Source: the human T2T-CHM13v2.0 reference genome, Homo sapiens
Assembly (NCBI RefSeq): GCF_009914755.1
Contig: NC_060937.1
Reading direction: 5' to 3' (one strand)
Length of the DNA: 64,000 nucleotides
Shown here one piece after another: positions 40,366 to 54,959 of this stretch. Positions within the stretch are counted from its first letter, which is position 1. Each line of letters opens with the position of its first letter. The translations under genes and the position numbers were made by a program. Below the pieces are notes generated by a model. It searched no databases. It worked only from the letters and a program-made list of their open reading frames with translations, and had not been told where the DNA came from.

Positions 40366-42616
40366 ATTTTAGTTACTCTCAATGGTTGATTTATTTCCTA
40401 ATTTTAATCATCAGTGTCTTTAAATAAATGTCAGAATGGCATGGTTAACTGGATTTCACATCTGTAGTTGCTTTTTTCTGAAGTTTTATTTATGAAATTC
40501 TTTTGTTGAGCAAATCAACATATTGTATCTTAAGGAGAGAAAGAATAAAGTTAAGACTTCATTCTGTCTCCAAGAAGGTTAAAACATCAGACAAACCAAA
40601 CTGATACTTATGGAAAAACAGTAAGTAATACAAGAGAAAAGTTAACAGGTGAATGATTATCTAAAGCAAGTTCTAAGAGCTAGAAGAGTTAAGAGAAAAG
40701 TAAGAGGTCAGAGAAAATATTTATGTGCTTTGTTTGTAAACCATATGTGTAGAAAAAAAAAAAAGAAAAATAAGAGCCACAAATAAGAAAAGAGGGGGTG
40801 GAAACAAGAAAGCTTTTGATCAGCCTTCTGAGTAACTAGACACAGCCCCAATTACTGGAGTCTAATTTTACATTCTATTTTTGTGCTGTCTAATTTGCTC
40901 ATCTTAGCCCCAGGTTTCCCTTAGTTTTTCTTTGCTCGATTTTATCTATGTGTGTCTCAGAAAGAAACATAGACTTTCCAGTTCTACTTAATTTCTCCTT
41001 CCACTGAAACTAGCCTCTTTGATGCACAAAAAGATGCCAAGTTTGGCTAATCATCATAATTTCAAAGAAGTTCTCTCAGACTATTTACTAAATTGTTACA
41101 GGGTAGAAAACTTAGTATCCTTTCGAGTACAGTTGCATATAAATAGGAAACCCAAAAAGCCAAAGAAATATTCTTAACTTTAAATGAATGGATGTCTAAT
41201 GCTGGAATTTTAATTTGGGACTGAGGAACATCATGGATGACGTAAAGTAAATTACACCATATAAGCAGCATCCTAATATATTTGTACATAAAACTAAGCC
41301 ATGGAGATGAGTTTGGTCTACATATTTGATTAGATCTCTGGAGAGGCACTGAAGAGAATCCTCACTGTGGAAGGAAACAGAACTTTGTAATAAATACAGA
41401 CAGGTATAAGCTGCCTATGAATTTGTGTTGAAAAATTAGGTGGTCAGAAGAAAAATGCCACAGCACTGACCTCTAAAAGTAGATGCTAAATCTCTGCATC
41501 TTAGAGAAAAGTGTGTGCCTAACAAACATTTTTTTTCTGATGTTTAGGAAACATATTAACAGAATAAATATATTAGCATTTTCTCAAATTTTTCTTTTAA
41601 GTAAAAGGATGCATTGTTAATTAAGTAAGTAGATATGAGGAAATGAAATTTTCAACAAGATTGCAGTGCAAAACTTAAAATATCACATTGGTATTGAGGG
41701 AAAATCTGAGAAAATCAAGTGAAATGTAAAAAAGATTATTTTCATGTATAGACATTTGATTACAACTCCATTACTTTATATTTTGAGGGTTGTGCTTCAT
41801 GGCCTAGGAGCTCAAACAGCTTCTTTACACTCATTTTTACCCTAAAATTGTGATATCATAAGAGATGCTGAAAATGTCTTCAAAGTTAATCTTATTCATT
41901 AGTTTCAGTGAGAAATACAGCACGTCTAAAGGGACATAAGGGATTTTTAAAGTCACATAGTTTTAATGCGGAGTTTATTTAACCTGCCCTGGGAAAGTGT
42001 TTGGTTCAGTTTTGTTTTATTTTAGACTTTATCAAATTACTCTGGAATATGGGTAATGGGAAAATGTAATATTTAGCTTGCATACATTAAAAACTCCAAT
42101 TATGCTGCTGTATAATCAGTCTGAATTGATAAATAGGTACTTTCTGGAAATGGATTGTATGGTTGGTAATCTTTAAATCTTTCTGCCTATTAGCTGGCAA
42201 TTTATATTTCTCCTAAAGAAATCCCATTTGGATCTTCTAGTCTCTTTTTAATGAGTGAAGTATATACAAGTGTTCAAAATTAAATACCTATCAGGAAATT
42301 CAGATTACCCAAGTGAGTTTAATATGCCAGATGGGGATGGTGTAAATCACAGAAGACATTCTTTGACTAAAAAGAGGAATCTACTATTTAGTGACAGCTA
42401 AACTTGGCTTTTGAAAATACAACATAAGGGATGCCAAATATTTCAGGTTTTTCAAGAAAAACCAGAAATATAGAATGGCCTTTAAGCTTAATTGTACTGC
42501 CTAATATTGTTATAGGGACTCATTTAGCGTGAAATAAAAGATACAGTGTATGTGACAGTCCTTTCCATTATAGCATTTGATGAGCTTAAATGCTTTATAT
42601 TCTTTACAATAAATAA

Positions 42617-42956
<340 letters not shown>

Positions 42957-43118
42957 GTCTGTCAAGACTTTTTAACTGCACATCTCACAAACATAATATC
43001 TTCATACTGTATAACATTTACAAATATATTTGACTGATTTGCCATATTTGTATATAGTTTATCCTGATGTTAAAGCTCTCAACTGAAAGAGGCCCTAGAC
43101 TGTTCAGCTGACCTAGAA

Positions 43119-43356
43119 CAGGGTTGGAAAACTATAGCACTCCAGCTAATTCAGTTTACTACCTATTTTGTGGTATTTACCACTTATTTTGTGAGTAAGG
43201 TTTTATTGAAATGCAAAAATACCTATCTTCCATATTGTCTGTGTCTGCTTTCCTGCTACAATGGCAGAATGGAGTGTTAATGAAATAATTATATGGCCCA
43301 TAAAGCTGAAAATATTGATTGTCTGGCACTTTACAGAAAATATTTGCTGACCCTTG
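43119..43356. mobile_element. MER58A-like hAT MITE
   Basis: Termini cagggttggaaaact / atttgctgacccttg. Internal tatggcccataaagctgaaaatatt..ctggcactttacagaaaa. Confidence 0.8.
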
Positions 43357-44016
43357 GTCAAGAGGAAGATCCAGGAATCTGAATATCTTTCAAGGTTTCT
43401 TCTAAGTAACAGTTATGATCAAACTAGTTTGGCTCTTTCTATTCAATTTTGTGTGCCAAGTTAATTATCAAAGTGTTTTGCAAATACTGGATTGCTGCTG
43501 AATGATGTAACTATGAGACAAATCAAATCTTGGCTATTGGCCCAACCATTGCTTCCTTTTTAAGGAGCTGGTCACCTTGCCATGACCTTTCAAGAGAATT
43601 CTACTAAAATCTAGAATTCCTAAGTTTACTCACATTATTCACATGAAATAAATAAATAAATAAATAAACTTTATGTATTGAATTATCCAGCTTTCATTCA
43701 TTCCCTTTTAAAATCCAGTTTATATTGTATGAGGAACAATGGTAGACCATGGAGAACTACCTTAAAGAAATATTTCCATGAAGGTAAATAAATACAATAG
43801 CAAATTGGTATACATAGTCTCAAAGTTTTGCCACAGGCATTAAAATAACTTATCTTTTTTTTTTGCTTTGTTATCACACAAGAGAAACACATTGATTGTA
43901 GAGAAAAACTAAGTAAAATATTTAGAAATATGCAAATTCCAGAAGACATTTAAAAAACATTATTCTTTTAAATCTTTTAAATGCAAATATAAATAAATAT
44001 TTAGAATTTTAAAATG

Positions 44017-44348
<332 letters not shown>

Positions 44349-44476
44349 TTAAGCTCCCATTCAATGCAAGGAATTGTTTCTACTAACTTTATTTTCATAC
44401 AATATTATAATCAATTTGTGGTTTCAAAAATATTTGCATTATATATATTAAACCTGCCTCCAACACAGCACCTAAA

Positions 44477-44690
44477 TAATAATAAAGCTACCATATATAT
44501 AAATTATGTGCCTGGCACATTTCTAAATTGTTCATGTGAAACAATCCACTTATTTTTATAATATGCCTACTAGATAGATATTTATTATAACCACTTTACA
44601 GATGTGATGATTGAGGCATAGAAATACTGTATTGTTTGCCCAGAGTTATGGCATCTAAGTGGCAGAACAAGAATTGAATAAAAACTATTC
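44477..44690 (-). mobile_element. MIR
   Basis: ccactttacagatgtgatgattgaggcatagaaa..tttgcccagagt..ctaagtggcagaac. Confidence 0.75.
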
Positions 44691-45149
44691 AACTTTGGAA
44701 AGTTATTTTTAGATAGTGTCCACAAATTTTCACTGAGTGAAAAAAATCTTTTATTGAATCACTCTGTCTCTTCACGTTTGAAACTAAGATCTGCTCTTGA
44801 AAGTGTTTTTTTAGGTGTTTTTTTTTTTTTCTGGAATATCTATATTCTTGTCACTACTCACAGAATTGAAATAACAAAATCTTAAGACAGCCTCACTAAA
44901 ACAGTAATAACTAAGTTCTCAAGCATTTATAAACTTAAGAAAGCAGAGATAACCAATTTTCTGAGGAGTTCACAATTAAATAATTAAGATAAATCATTTT
45001 ACACATGCAATTACACAAAATTAATGGCCAACGGATGTACCTGCATACTTTGTAGTAAATATTCATGGTATTCCACTTAGCGTACCCACACTAACCTTAG
45101 TTTAAAATCCTCCATCCACACAGATGGTACAGGGGAAGCTATCCACTGT

Positions 45150-45508
45150 GGCATGATTTTGGCCCTTGACAGAGGTGACTACCAGACAAAAACTAGATCA
45201 TCCAAACTGCTTCTACACTGTGACTTGAAATCTCAATAACTGAATAAAAATCCTTCCCTTAGTTGAAGTGTAAAATATAAAATTGGATTGGTTACTGATG
45301 GCAGCCATGTGTTCTGACTTGAACAGAAAATGAGCGTGAAATGAACCCATGGTGGGAGGCGGTGTGGAGAGGGAGAAAAAGAAAGAGAGGATTTAGCTAT
45401 CACTGACATGTAAGTTTCTGGTTTCAGTTTTTCTTGAGGCCCCTAAAAGTGTGCAATTTAATTATTCCTTGTTATCCAATATTCTCACAAAGAATCCCAA
45501 GTAATACA
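45150..45508 (+). mobile_element. Old MLT1 (J/K-like) LTR fragment
   Basis: ggcagccatg..; ctggtttcagtttttcttgaggcc; 3' end aagaatcccaagtaataca. Confidence 0.45.
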
Positions 45509-46603
45509 GTATCAGATCTAACAATTAGAGTTCAAATATTGTGACTTTTACCCATTAAAAGGAACCATTGCCTTAAAATAAATAAAAAAAATTTTCTGTT
45601 GGTGCAGGTTTGAAGTAAGTAGAGTTCCTCTATCCAAGCCAGATGGAGCTTTGCTTTCTCTATAAAGAAAGATAGAAATTTAAATTAGTAAATAAAAACC
45701 TGATGGTAGGTTTAGACTCAGAAGACTTGCTTTACTGTTAAATCCAACCTTAGGAGAAAAAATAGTAGAATAAAAACTAAATTGTGTGTAGAAGACAATG
45801 TTAAATAAACAATAATTCTAGCCTATAACATTTTTATTTTTATGTAATATATAGGGCCTAAATTTTTTAGAAAAAAAAAAGTATTAAAATCTGAAAATCA
45901 CCCTGTTCATTCTGAGAGAAGAATGAAGCTTTAAAGAATCAAGCTTTAATTTATTGTTTTTTTTTGTTAGTCTCCTCACCCATACTTAATTGGGACCTCT
46001 AATAAACATAGTTACCTATTTACTAATCTCTTATGTTGTTTGTTTTTAACTTGTAAGGTTTTTTCTGGTCTTGCATTAAATGCTTAAGAACAACTTTATT
46101 TTTAGATGAAGAAATATATTTCAGTTTACTAAACTCTTCAATGTGCTACTTTTTATTCTCTTATGAAAGAGTGGCATTTTAATTGTGACATTACTGATTT
46201 AAACTCCTGAGCCCATCTTTAAGAAATAAACTGAAAGGGATGGGTGAAAAGCAGTCTAGTAATTTCATCTAGGCATTGCTTTGTCAGAGAGTCTTTTACC
46301 ATGAATCATGTCAATCAGTTTGAAAGTGGTGAAGAGCTTACTTAGCAGGTAACTGAGGATTATTTATGAACCATCAAGGCTATTAGGTGAAGTAGTAAAT
46401 GCTGCAAGGTTAATGAAAGTGCAGGAAAATCTACCACATCCAGTCTTAATGGAAAATTCCTTTACTACTTTCAGACCTGAGAATAGAACCAACTGTGCCT
46501 ATTTTGAAATATAGCATATCTAGTGATCTGTATTTATGTGCCACAGGAAGATTCATGGCTACCAAGAAATGAAATGCCTTAAACAGTGTAATCATTTGTC
46601 CAG

Positions 46604-48139
46604 TGATGGCAGCAGTGGCCCATCTGGAGTGGCTGCTGCCATGATGCCAGCTGCCACTGGGGAGGTGCGGTCAGGGCTGCATGCTTCATGGAGCCAGGGG
46701 TAGTTGGGAACAGGCAGAAGCCCTGCCCCCTTACAAGTTGGCCCAGGTGGGCTGACAACTGGGGCATCCCTGCGCTCTTGGGCAGGAGCCCCACCCTGAA
46801 GGGTGCTGCTGCAGCTGCAGCTCCCCTAGCCATGGCTGTGGACCTGGGCATTCCTGTGTTCTTGGGGTCCGGGAGCAGGCAAGGGCCCCACCTTCCCAGG
46901 TTCAGTTGCAGCCACCCAATGGTGTCCTGGGCATCTCTGCACTCTTAGGAGCCCAGGAAGGCCCCTCTCCCCACAGAGGCTCAGATGTTCCTGCTCCCAC
47001 CCCACTTCTGGCACCCACTCCAATCTTGGAGCCGAGTTGAGGCCGAGCCTGGGCACTGGTACAACCTGGCCAGGTGTGCATATGCTTGGGGCACTGCTAA
47101 TGCACCAGCCCCCTCTGGACTTCAGGCACTGAGGAGCATGGGAGAGAGGCCACGGTGGGGCTGAGGGCAGCCAGGTGCTGCTCTGCAGGCGCCCCTCAGC
47201 AAAGCAGAGTGGGTGCTATGAACAGAGACAGGAGGCAGACAGGCTCCTGGGTGGAAAGAGGAGGGCTTGAGGCCACACCTTCAAGCCAGGGAAGGCCTGA
47301 AACCTGGGGACCAGGATGCATGTTCTTCAGACGGGAGTAGGAACTTACGTTGCTTTTTCCAGGCTCACTCATGACCACCCATGGACCAATCAGCACACAC
47401 TTCCTCTCTTCTGAAGCCCATAAAAGCCATGGACTCAGCCAGACTCAAGCAGACAACAGAATGACCAGCTGAGGAGAGGAGCGACCCACTGTGGGTCTCC
47501 ACTGAGTTGTTCTATCACTCAATAAAGCTCCTCTCCACCTTTCTCCTCCTCCATTTGTCCACGTATCTCATTCTTCCTGAATGCAGGAAAAGAACTCAGG
47601 ATCCACCAAATGGTGGGGCTGAAAGAGCTGTAACACAATCGGGGCTGAAACATGCCCCTTGCTCACCATGTTGTGGATGACAGGAGAGAAAAGCTGCAGC
47701 CCTTTGGGGATCCCAGACTTACGAGCACCTCAAGCCAGGGCTGCGACACCCTTTTTGAGGCTCTGTGTTTCCTGACATCTCCACACTACCGAGCACCACC
47801 ACATTCCCTGGTGCCGGTCGTCGAAGCTGCTTGTGGTACGCTTGGTCCAGCCACAGCTTCACAGAGAGCTGATGCCTGTGCTGGTTCTTGGAGCTGCTCA
47901 CCCCACTGTAGCCAGCACGCCTGGAAGTGAGCAGTGGCTGGACCCCATGGTCACTCACTCACATACCTCTTGCTGCTCTGCTCACCCTTGGCAGGCATGA
48001 TATCCGGGCCAGTAGTATGAGCTGAGTGCAGCCTGCCAGGCCAAGTGGGCCCAGTGGGCCTGGGCAAAACTCGGGCAAAGGCACCACTGTCAACAGATGT
48101 TTCTGGATGGCGAAGTGACACCCCTAGTATCCCCTAACA
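46604..48139 (+). mobile_element. MER52A-like ERV1 solo LTR (1536 bp)
   Basis: TG...CA termini (tgatggcagcagtggc...cctaaca), perfect 4-bp TSD ccag (46600-46603 and 48140-48143). GC-rich, with CCAAT, cataaaa and AATAAA (47521). Confidence 0.92.
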
Positions 48140-48889
48140 CCAGTACATGCAGCTGTTATTTATTTTACATTCAAAACAACTTTATGTGCATATCCTCACA
48201 AATTTTTATGCATAAATATATGACTTTTATTAGCACTTAATCTGGATCATTATTCAGTAATTATTTCCAAGTCCATAACAAATCAATGCTATGAAGAAAA
48301 AGTCAATTTTTGTGCTTGGTGGTAACAAGATATTGAATATTCCCATATGTCTATTGACATCTGTAAACTTTGAACACTCCAAAATTATTTATGTGTCAAT
48401 AAAAAATGGTATTCAAAAGTGCACACTGATGTTGCATTTATTCAAAATTTTTTCTCCCTTTTTAGTAGTATCTTGGTTATATTGCTATTATTAAGCAGCT
48501 ATAACTTTTCATTCATCCAATAGCAAAATATGATTAGAAGACCTAAAAAAGATCAGCGTTTAGTGATACACCGATTTTAACATTTGGAGCCTACTCAATT
48601 CCTGTGATGTTTTGATATTTAATAGTAGTGACAGTGGCATTGGTGAGCAAAACTATTTTTTTGATAATCCTAATTGACCATATGTACCATAGAAAGCCTT
48701 AAAACTAAATGGAAATAACATCTCCAAAGTTGTCTGTCCTTGGCAAACTCCTAGATTAGACAAAGTTTGTCTCTGGTCACTCAGTTTTTATGGTGCTTCT
48801 GTAAACCACTGACAATTCACTCCTGTTCATATTCCTAGCCAACATATTTTAGGTGGCAATCTCTCCCTCTAAGGAAGTGATTCCAAGAA

Positions 48890-49535
48890 TAAATGTCTAA
48901 CACTTACACAGCACTTCCTATACTGTAGTGCCAAGAACTATACTATGCTATCACCTCATTTGATTCTTAACACAAACCTATCTGGCTCACCATCTCTTTA
49001 CTCTTCTGGGATCATCTCCTTATTTCTCTAGGTTCATCTCCTTAAATCTTTTTATCTTGTTTATTTCTAGTCCAGCACATTGGGCTTCTTGTGAATATTG
49101 CAAGGCACAGCCTTTAAGTGGTCTTGGCACTTCTTTTTCCTCTGCTGGGATGTTCTTACATCAGATTTCTGTCTATATATCACTCTACAAAATGGTTCCC
49201 CCTCTAAACGTATATAATTCCTCTCATTACTTTGCTTCAGGTTTCTGTCTATTGCTAAATTACATCTACTGTGTATCTTGTGTGTGTTTCTTTGTTCATT
49301 TAGAATATATTTAGCGAATAAGGGAAACTTGAGACATATGAAGCATTTATAAATTATATTAAATGAATAAAATAAAAATCTCTGAGGTAATTCAGTTGTG
49401 GTACCCATTGTGCAGACAAGAAAATTGTGCTATAGAGGAGATGGCAATTTTTTTGAGTTCATATGGGAAGTAGCAGAACTAAGGACTAGAGTCTAGGCCT
49501 GATGTTAATGTTCCCAAGTATAATCACTTCTACTC
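48890..49535 (-). mobile_element. MIR split by an L2 insertion
   Basis: Left part aacacttacacagcactt..cctcatttgattctt. It resumes at about 49381 as tgaggtaa..cccattgtgcagacaagaaaattg..gaagtagcagaactaaggactaga. Confidence 0.55.
48980..49375 (+). mobile_element. L2 3' fragment
   Basis: tcttggcacttctttttcctctgctgggatgttctt...aaattatattaaatgaataaa. Confidence 0.55.
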
Positions 49536-51045
49536 TCACATTAGCCATGAGTTGACCCATTACCCTTAAGGACATAGAGATTGAGTGGGCCAGGAAGATA
49601 GTTTTATTCTTACAAGAGAAATAAGAGGAAGGGAGAGTCCTCACTCTAGAGCTGTTATATTTTCCCTAGGATCACAGTTTAATAACTTTTGTCTTCAGTA
49701 TATCAACTCTTAGTTCTTAGAATAATAATTTACTTGAAAGTGTTTCAGTACATATAGTGTTCAATTATATGTGTGCTATTTAAGTGCTAACGGTCTAATC
49801 AAGGATGTACAGTTAATGGTTGACTATTGGTCAACGAGAATGTTCACACTCTAGAGGCAGCCACTATAATGGGCTCTGCTACTAGTATCTCTATCAACAC
49901 CTATTTACTAACTCATTTAAAAAATGTCAAATGCAGTGTCATAGCAGAAAATAGTAGTGTTTATCTAATATGATGAATATTATTTATGTTTCTTATTGGA
50001 AACATTGAAAGTATCCCAGATGCAGATTGGCTAATATACATTAAAGATCCTCCATCCAAGACACTAAATTGTATCCAAGCCTATAACATGCACCCTAGGA
50101 TGACTCTCCAGGCTGGTTCCCTAATAGTTCTTTGATGAGGATGGACTCAAAACTTCTGGCTGCCTGATGCTGGCTAAAATGACGACAGAATGCAATCTGT
50201 GGTTTATTGTCACTATGGTATAGGTTCAACTTTCTATGAGGAATTGGTGGTAGATAAAGACATGGAGATTTTTCAAACCTAGAGAGTATAATAAAGTTTT
50301 ATTTGTATGCTAATAAATACTCAATACATACATGTCTGTGTCGTGCCTGAATTTGTTCTGAGACTAGCTTTTATTGTAAATTCATAGGGAAGCTGTGGGC
50401 CTAGTAGCCAGCTCTCATCAAACTCAAAATGTTTCCAGTAGCTATGATTATATACAAAAAAAAAAAAAAGAGAAACAGCTTGAACAATTGTATGTGACAT
50501 ATATTGCAAGGCATATTCCAAACTTTAAACAATTTTCATTTATTTCTGAGGTTGTGGGAATTTAAAGGGATCAAAAAGCTTAGTCTAAATGATGAATGCT
50601 GTCATTATATCTACTTATCTGCTTTTCTTTGAAGTTAAATGATTTTTCAGGAATTTCTTTTATCATTTCAGAATAGGCAACCTATAAATAGAATTAATAA
50701 TACTGTGATAATCTAATATTTACTCAGAGTACTCTTTAGGTTAATACTCCATTACTTAATTTTCTATAGTATTAGAAATTATTCTGTTGATATCCTCAGG
50801 TTTTTGCACTGCACACACTTAACAGAGAAAAAGTTTATTTATAACCTAAAAACCAATTTCTAATGATATAATATTCCAAACTGTAAATTACCATATTTAG
50901 GATAATTATACTTAATTTAACTTAATTACTCAAAAATAAGATATTGCATATTTGTGTAAATAAAACTGTTGATAATTTACTTTCAATGATAACTGGAAAT
51001 GACAAGACATTTGAAACTACACAAATAATTAGATTAGTACCTTAT

Positions 51046-51056
51046 TGCTGAGTCAT
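51046..51056 (-). promoter_or_regulatory. Perfect ARE/MARE (NRF2/BACH-sMAF) motif
   Basis: tgctgagtcat, which is ATGACTCAGCA on the minus strand with an AT-rich 3' flank. Motif match only. Confidence 0.25.
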
Positions 51057-53223
51057 CATCTACAAAGCCATCATCAAGGTTATTTTTAACTATTTAACTA
51101 AAAAAATTTTTAAAAATAGGAACACAATGTTGAATGAATTCTTAATCCTCTTCAAATATATGACTATTTTATGAATGCTACTTTTTATGATAAAAAATAA
51201 TGCCATTGTTTCTTCAATAGAAAAATCAATGGTAAATTTTATGAACTAAATAAATTTGGTGCCAAATTAACTTAATTTTAGACTTTTTTCTTTTCCTTCT
51301 TCAAATTCTTGATATATTTCTTGGATAACAATACACTATTCTTCTCTTACCTATTGAAATTTATTGCAAAATTCTTGTATGATTATATAAGTTCATACAT
51401 ACATCAGCCTGCTCAAATTTTCAACCCATCAGGATTTTCTGACCACATGTCGATATAACATACCCTAAATTGTAAAATGTAAGCAAGTATTCATATGTCA
51501 TGGAAAAATCACAAAGTTTTTTTCTTAGTCCCACAGTAAGCTGAGTGTAAGACAAAACACTAAGAACACAAAAACTAGCGCAGTTGAATTCCTCATCAGA
51601 AGGACTAAAAATAAACAGCATGTTATATACCACCATACTATGATCCCTATCAGAGACTTAAGCCCAAGATAAAATAAGGGCACAAAGAATGCACATGTGT
51701 ATTAGTTTTTGCACTAAACATTGACCAGAAAAATTAAAAAAAAAAAACCTCTCAAGCCCTTTTATTTTTGGACTTAGATATAGTTATCTTTACTTGGAAA
51801 TGCCATTTAAATTTCGTATTCATGTGCTTAGTTATCTTCTTGACTCCTACATAATTTTTTTAAAGCAGAAAAGATGATGGCAGGGATAATACATAAAAGT
51901 GTATTATTGTCTGTCTTTTTCAACTTACTATTCAGCAAAGGGTTTTACTTTGGACATTCAGTCATATTTCCCAAGGAAATCAATTTCTCCAATGTGTTTG
52001 CTTAGGCTCTTTAGAATCTGCCAGTTAATAAAAGTTGTGAGTGCCAGAGCTCAGTGTTTTATTATATAAAAGCCTCTTTACCCACTCCTTTGGGTCAGCT
52101 TTATAATGATGAACTGAGCTTTTTCTTAGAAGCTTGATTGTCAAGTGGAATTGAGTTAATTTAGATTATATGAAAAGAAGCAGGTACTAGTAAATGGGAT
52201 ATAAAATGCTTAATTGGTTCCAGAAATGGAGTCAGGCTATAGAAGAAAAGAAATTAAGATTGAGAAGAATGAAAATTAAAATAGACTGGCAAGTGATTTA
52301 CCCTGCCTTTTAGGGCAAGGTGGCCCGCATTCAGGTAAATTAACCTAACACATAGCACAAGAAGTTCTTCTGATACATTCTGCTTCTTAAAACTTCTGAA
52401 TCTTAGAAATTATTTTAAGTGTACTTTAAATATGGCCCAAAGTGAAGAAATAACCTGATGATTCTTAATATTGTTATTATTATATTGTTGAGGTGTAGAT
52501 AAAGATCCTGAGAAACTTAATCAAGATAAAGTAATATTGACTGTATATTTCAAAATATGCTGGGCCTTTGTGCTTAAGTATGCTGGTTTTCTTCCTTCTT
52601 TTAATTTTCTCAAAAAATACGAATTCGAAGGCAACATTAAAATTAACACACTTTTGATAAAATTTGATTACAGTTGATTTGGGCCTAATCTCAGAAGATG
52701 TGCACGTTTATACATTAGAGTGAAGAGATGAAGTGGAACAACATTTAGATTGTCAGTTAAAGCAGTTTAAATTATGCTAATGACCCCCAAAGCATCCTGG
52801 CAGGTGACAGTAAAAGAGGAGATAATAAAATGTTTGGATACAAACTTGCACCTGAGAATAAGCCTATACAGTTGAGGCTAATGGACTCTGGGACCTGTAT
52901 CCACATTTCTTTGCCAACCCTTAGAAGCTCTTCAGCACCTCTGAGGGGTTAATGTAAATATGAAGAATCATAAAGTAAACTGGAGCCACCTCTGCTCAAA
53001 AAACAAATGTAAAAGTATTAAGGATCAGTGAGTCAAAATATTTGTAAGACTAAAACTACCTTAGTGAGCATGTGGTCCTAAGTCCTTCTTTTAAAGAGAA
53101 ACTCACAAGGTTAAATTAACTAACCAAAGTCACACATCTAGTTTGTGGCTGAATATGAATGAGAGGAATATCTGCATTCTTTTTACTTCCACTGCTGCTT
53201 TTATCACAATGCTATAGAGATGA

Positions 53224-53302
53224 ATATATATATATATATGTGTGTGTGTGTATATATATGTGTGGATATATATATGTGTGTATATATATATGTGTGTGTG
53301 TG

Positions 53303-53340
<38 letters not shown>
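53224..53340. repeat. Compound (TA)n/(TG)n microsatellite
   Basis: Alternating TA and TG blocks. Confidence 0.95.
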
Positions 53341-53342
<2 letters not shown>

Positions 53343-53699
53343 ATGACAACTTGAAAATGTAGCCGTGATGTAGAAACTGTGAGGAAGAAATATTATGTGT
53401 GGTTTTTTTTTTTGCTGCAACAGAAACATTAAGAAAATGTAATGGTGCCGATGCCCTATATACATTAATTTGTTTACAATTTCAAGGACCTCTCTCACAT
53501 CGGCCCTTCCCTATATCTTTCCCTTTTCAAAGACACATTATAATGACATATTCGTAGGTACTGGAAACATATAAAAACATTTTAAAAGATGCTTAAACTC
53601 AACCACAAACAATGGAACAGCAATACTGCAAAAACACATTTTATCAATGGAAAATCAACTCATTGAATTGATGACATTAGTGAATAAAAGTAGGTAAAA

Positions 53700-54850
53700 G
53701 GGTCCTAGGATAAGCATCAGTTTAAATGTAAATGGGGAGAAAAATAAGAAAACCTAAAAAAAGGTTAAGTCATTTATGTTGACAAAAAAGCAGAAATTAA
53801 CAGAGGAGTGCAAGGGAATGGAAGCTAAAGGAGGATGATATTTCAAGGAAGCAAGGAGGAGTCAACATTTTCAGACAATACATGAAAATGTAGACAGAAT
53901 CCTAAAGTGCTCATTGCAATTAAAAACACAATAATAGTGCTCTGTGTGCTTTTTTTGTAATGTTTATGGAGAAATGAAGATGACTAAATACCAGATTTGG
54001 TGTGTTGAGAAATGTATTGAAAAGAGGAATTAACAAGAGCAGACGAAAATTATTACAAAGAGAATTGCTAAGTGGCCAAGCTGAAGGAAAGCTCAGATCT
54101 GAAGAAAGCAATGCATGGTTTCAGAGAGAAGTGTTCTATTTATTTTTTATTTTTTACATTTTGTTCCAAGATGGGTGAATTTAAACACATTTAAATGCTG
54201 CATGCAAATGAAAGAAGGCAGTAAAGAAAAACAGGTTAGAGGTATTATAAGGATGGAGAAGTCACTTAGATTATTAATCTTTTGACAAATCAATTTTTTT
54301 TGAGAAAAGGGTACTAATGTTATGTCAAGAAGAGGTCTTGACATACAAGATCTCAGTTCCATTGTAGTGGATACGAAGAAGGAAATGCTTAGTGTGTTCT
54401 GAAAAATGTATGGTGATTTAGAGGTGGAAATGTCAGGCAATTAGGGTTTTTTAGTTTCTATTTTCTCTGTGAAGTGAAGATGGAGATTACAGTTGAGAAT
54501 GAGAAAACATGACTCTCCAGGAAGTTTGAAAATCAAGTAGAAAGGTGTGAAATATCCACTTTGTGGGAAGCAGACAGCTAGCTATTGATGGAGTGAAGGA
54601 CTGACAGACAAGGCTGAAGAATAAGAAGTAATGGTGTCACTGAGAGGCAGAATTGGGGTGTTTCCTAAAGTTCTTAGCCATCAGGTGAAAAAGCTAAAAA
54701 GGCAAAGATTTAAACTGAATCAGATTTTTTTTTTCATGGGTGTACAACAGAAGAATAATGGCACAAAGAGTTGAAAATATTGACAAGAAATTGGGTCAAA
54801 ATGATGCACCGTAAAATACAAACTAGATAGAGAAATAAGTGACTGAGAGG
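53700..54850 (-). mobile_element. Long degraded L2 fragment
   Basis: Purine-rich antisense L2-like sequence: ggaagctaaaggaggatgatatttcaaggaagcaaggaggagtcaaca; ttttagtttctattttctctgtgaagtgaag. Confidence 0.6.
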
Positions 54851-54959
54851 AGACCAGGGTGCTTAAAATACTTCAATGACCTCACTATTAAGGAAAAAAA
54901 AAAAAAAAGTCACAAAGAGCCAGTAGCACACTCTCACAAAAAAACTCGTCTGCTCTGTA

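Noticed and set aside
46579-47958. Multiple GC-rich ORFs or a CpG-island gene
   Set aside because: They lie essentially within the MER52-type LTR, whose GC content suppresses stop codons, and CpG is depleted.
53130-53498. 122-aa His/Thr/Tyr/Ile-rich ORF
   Set aside because: It is largely the translation of a TA/TG microsatellite.
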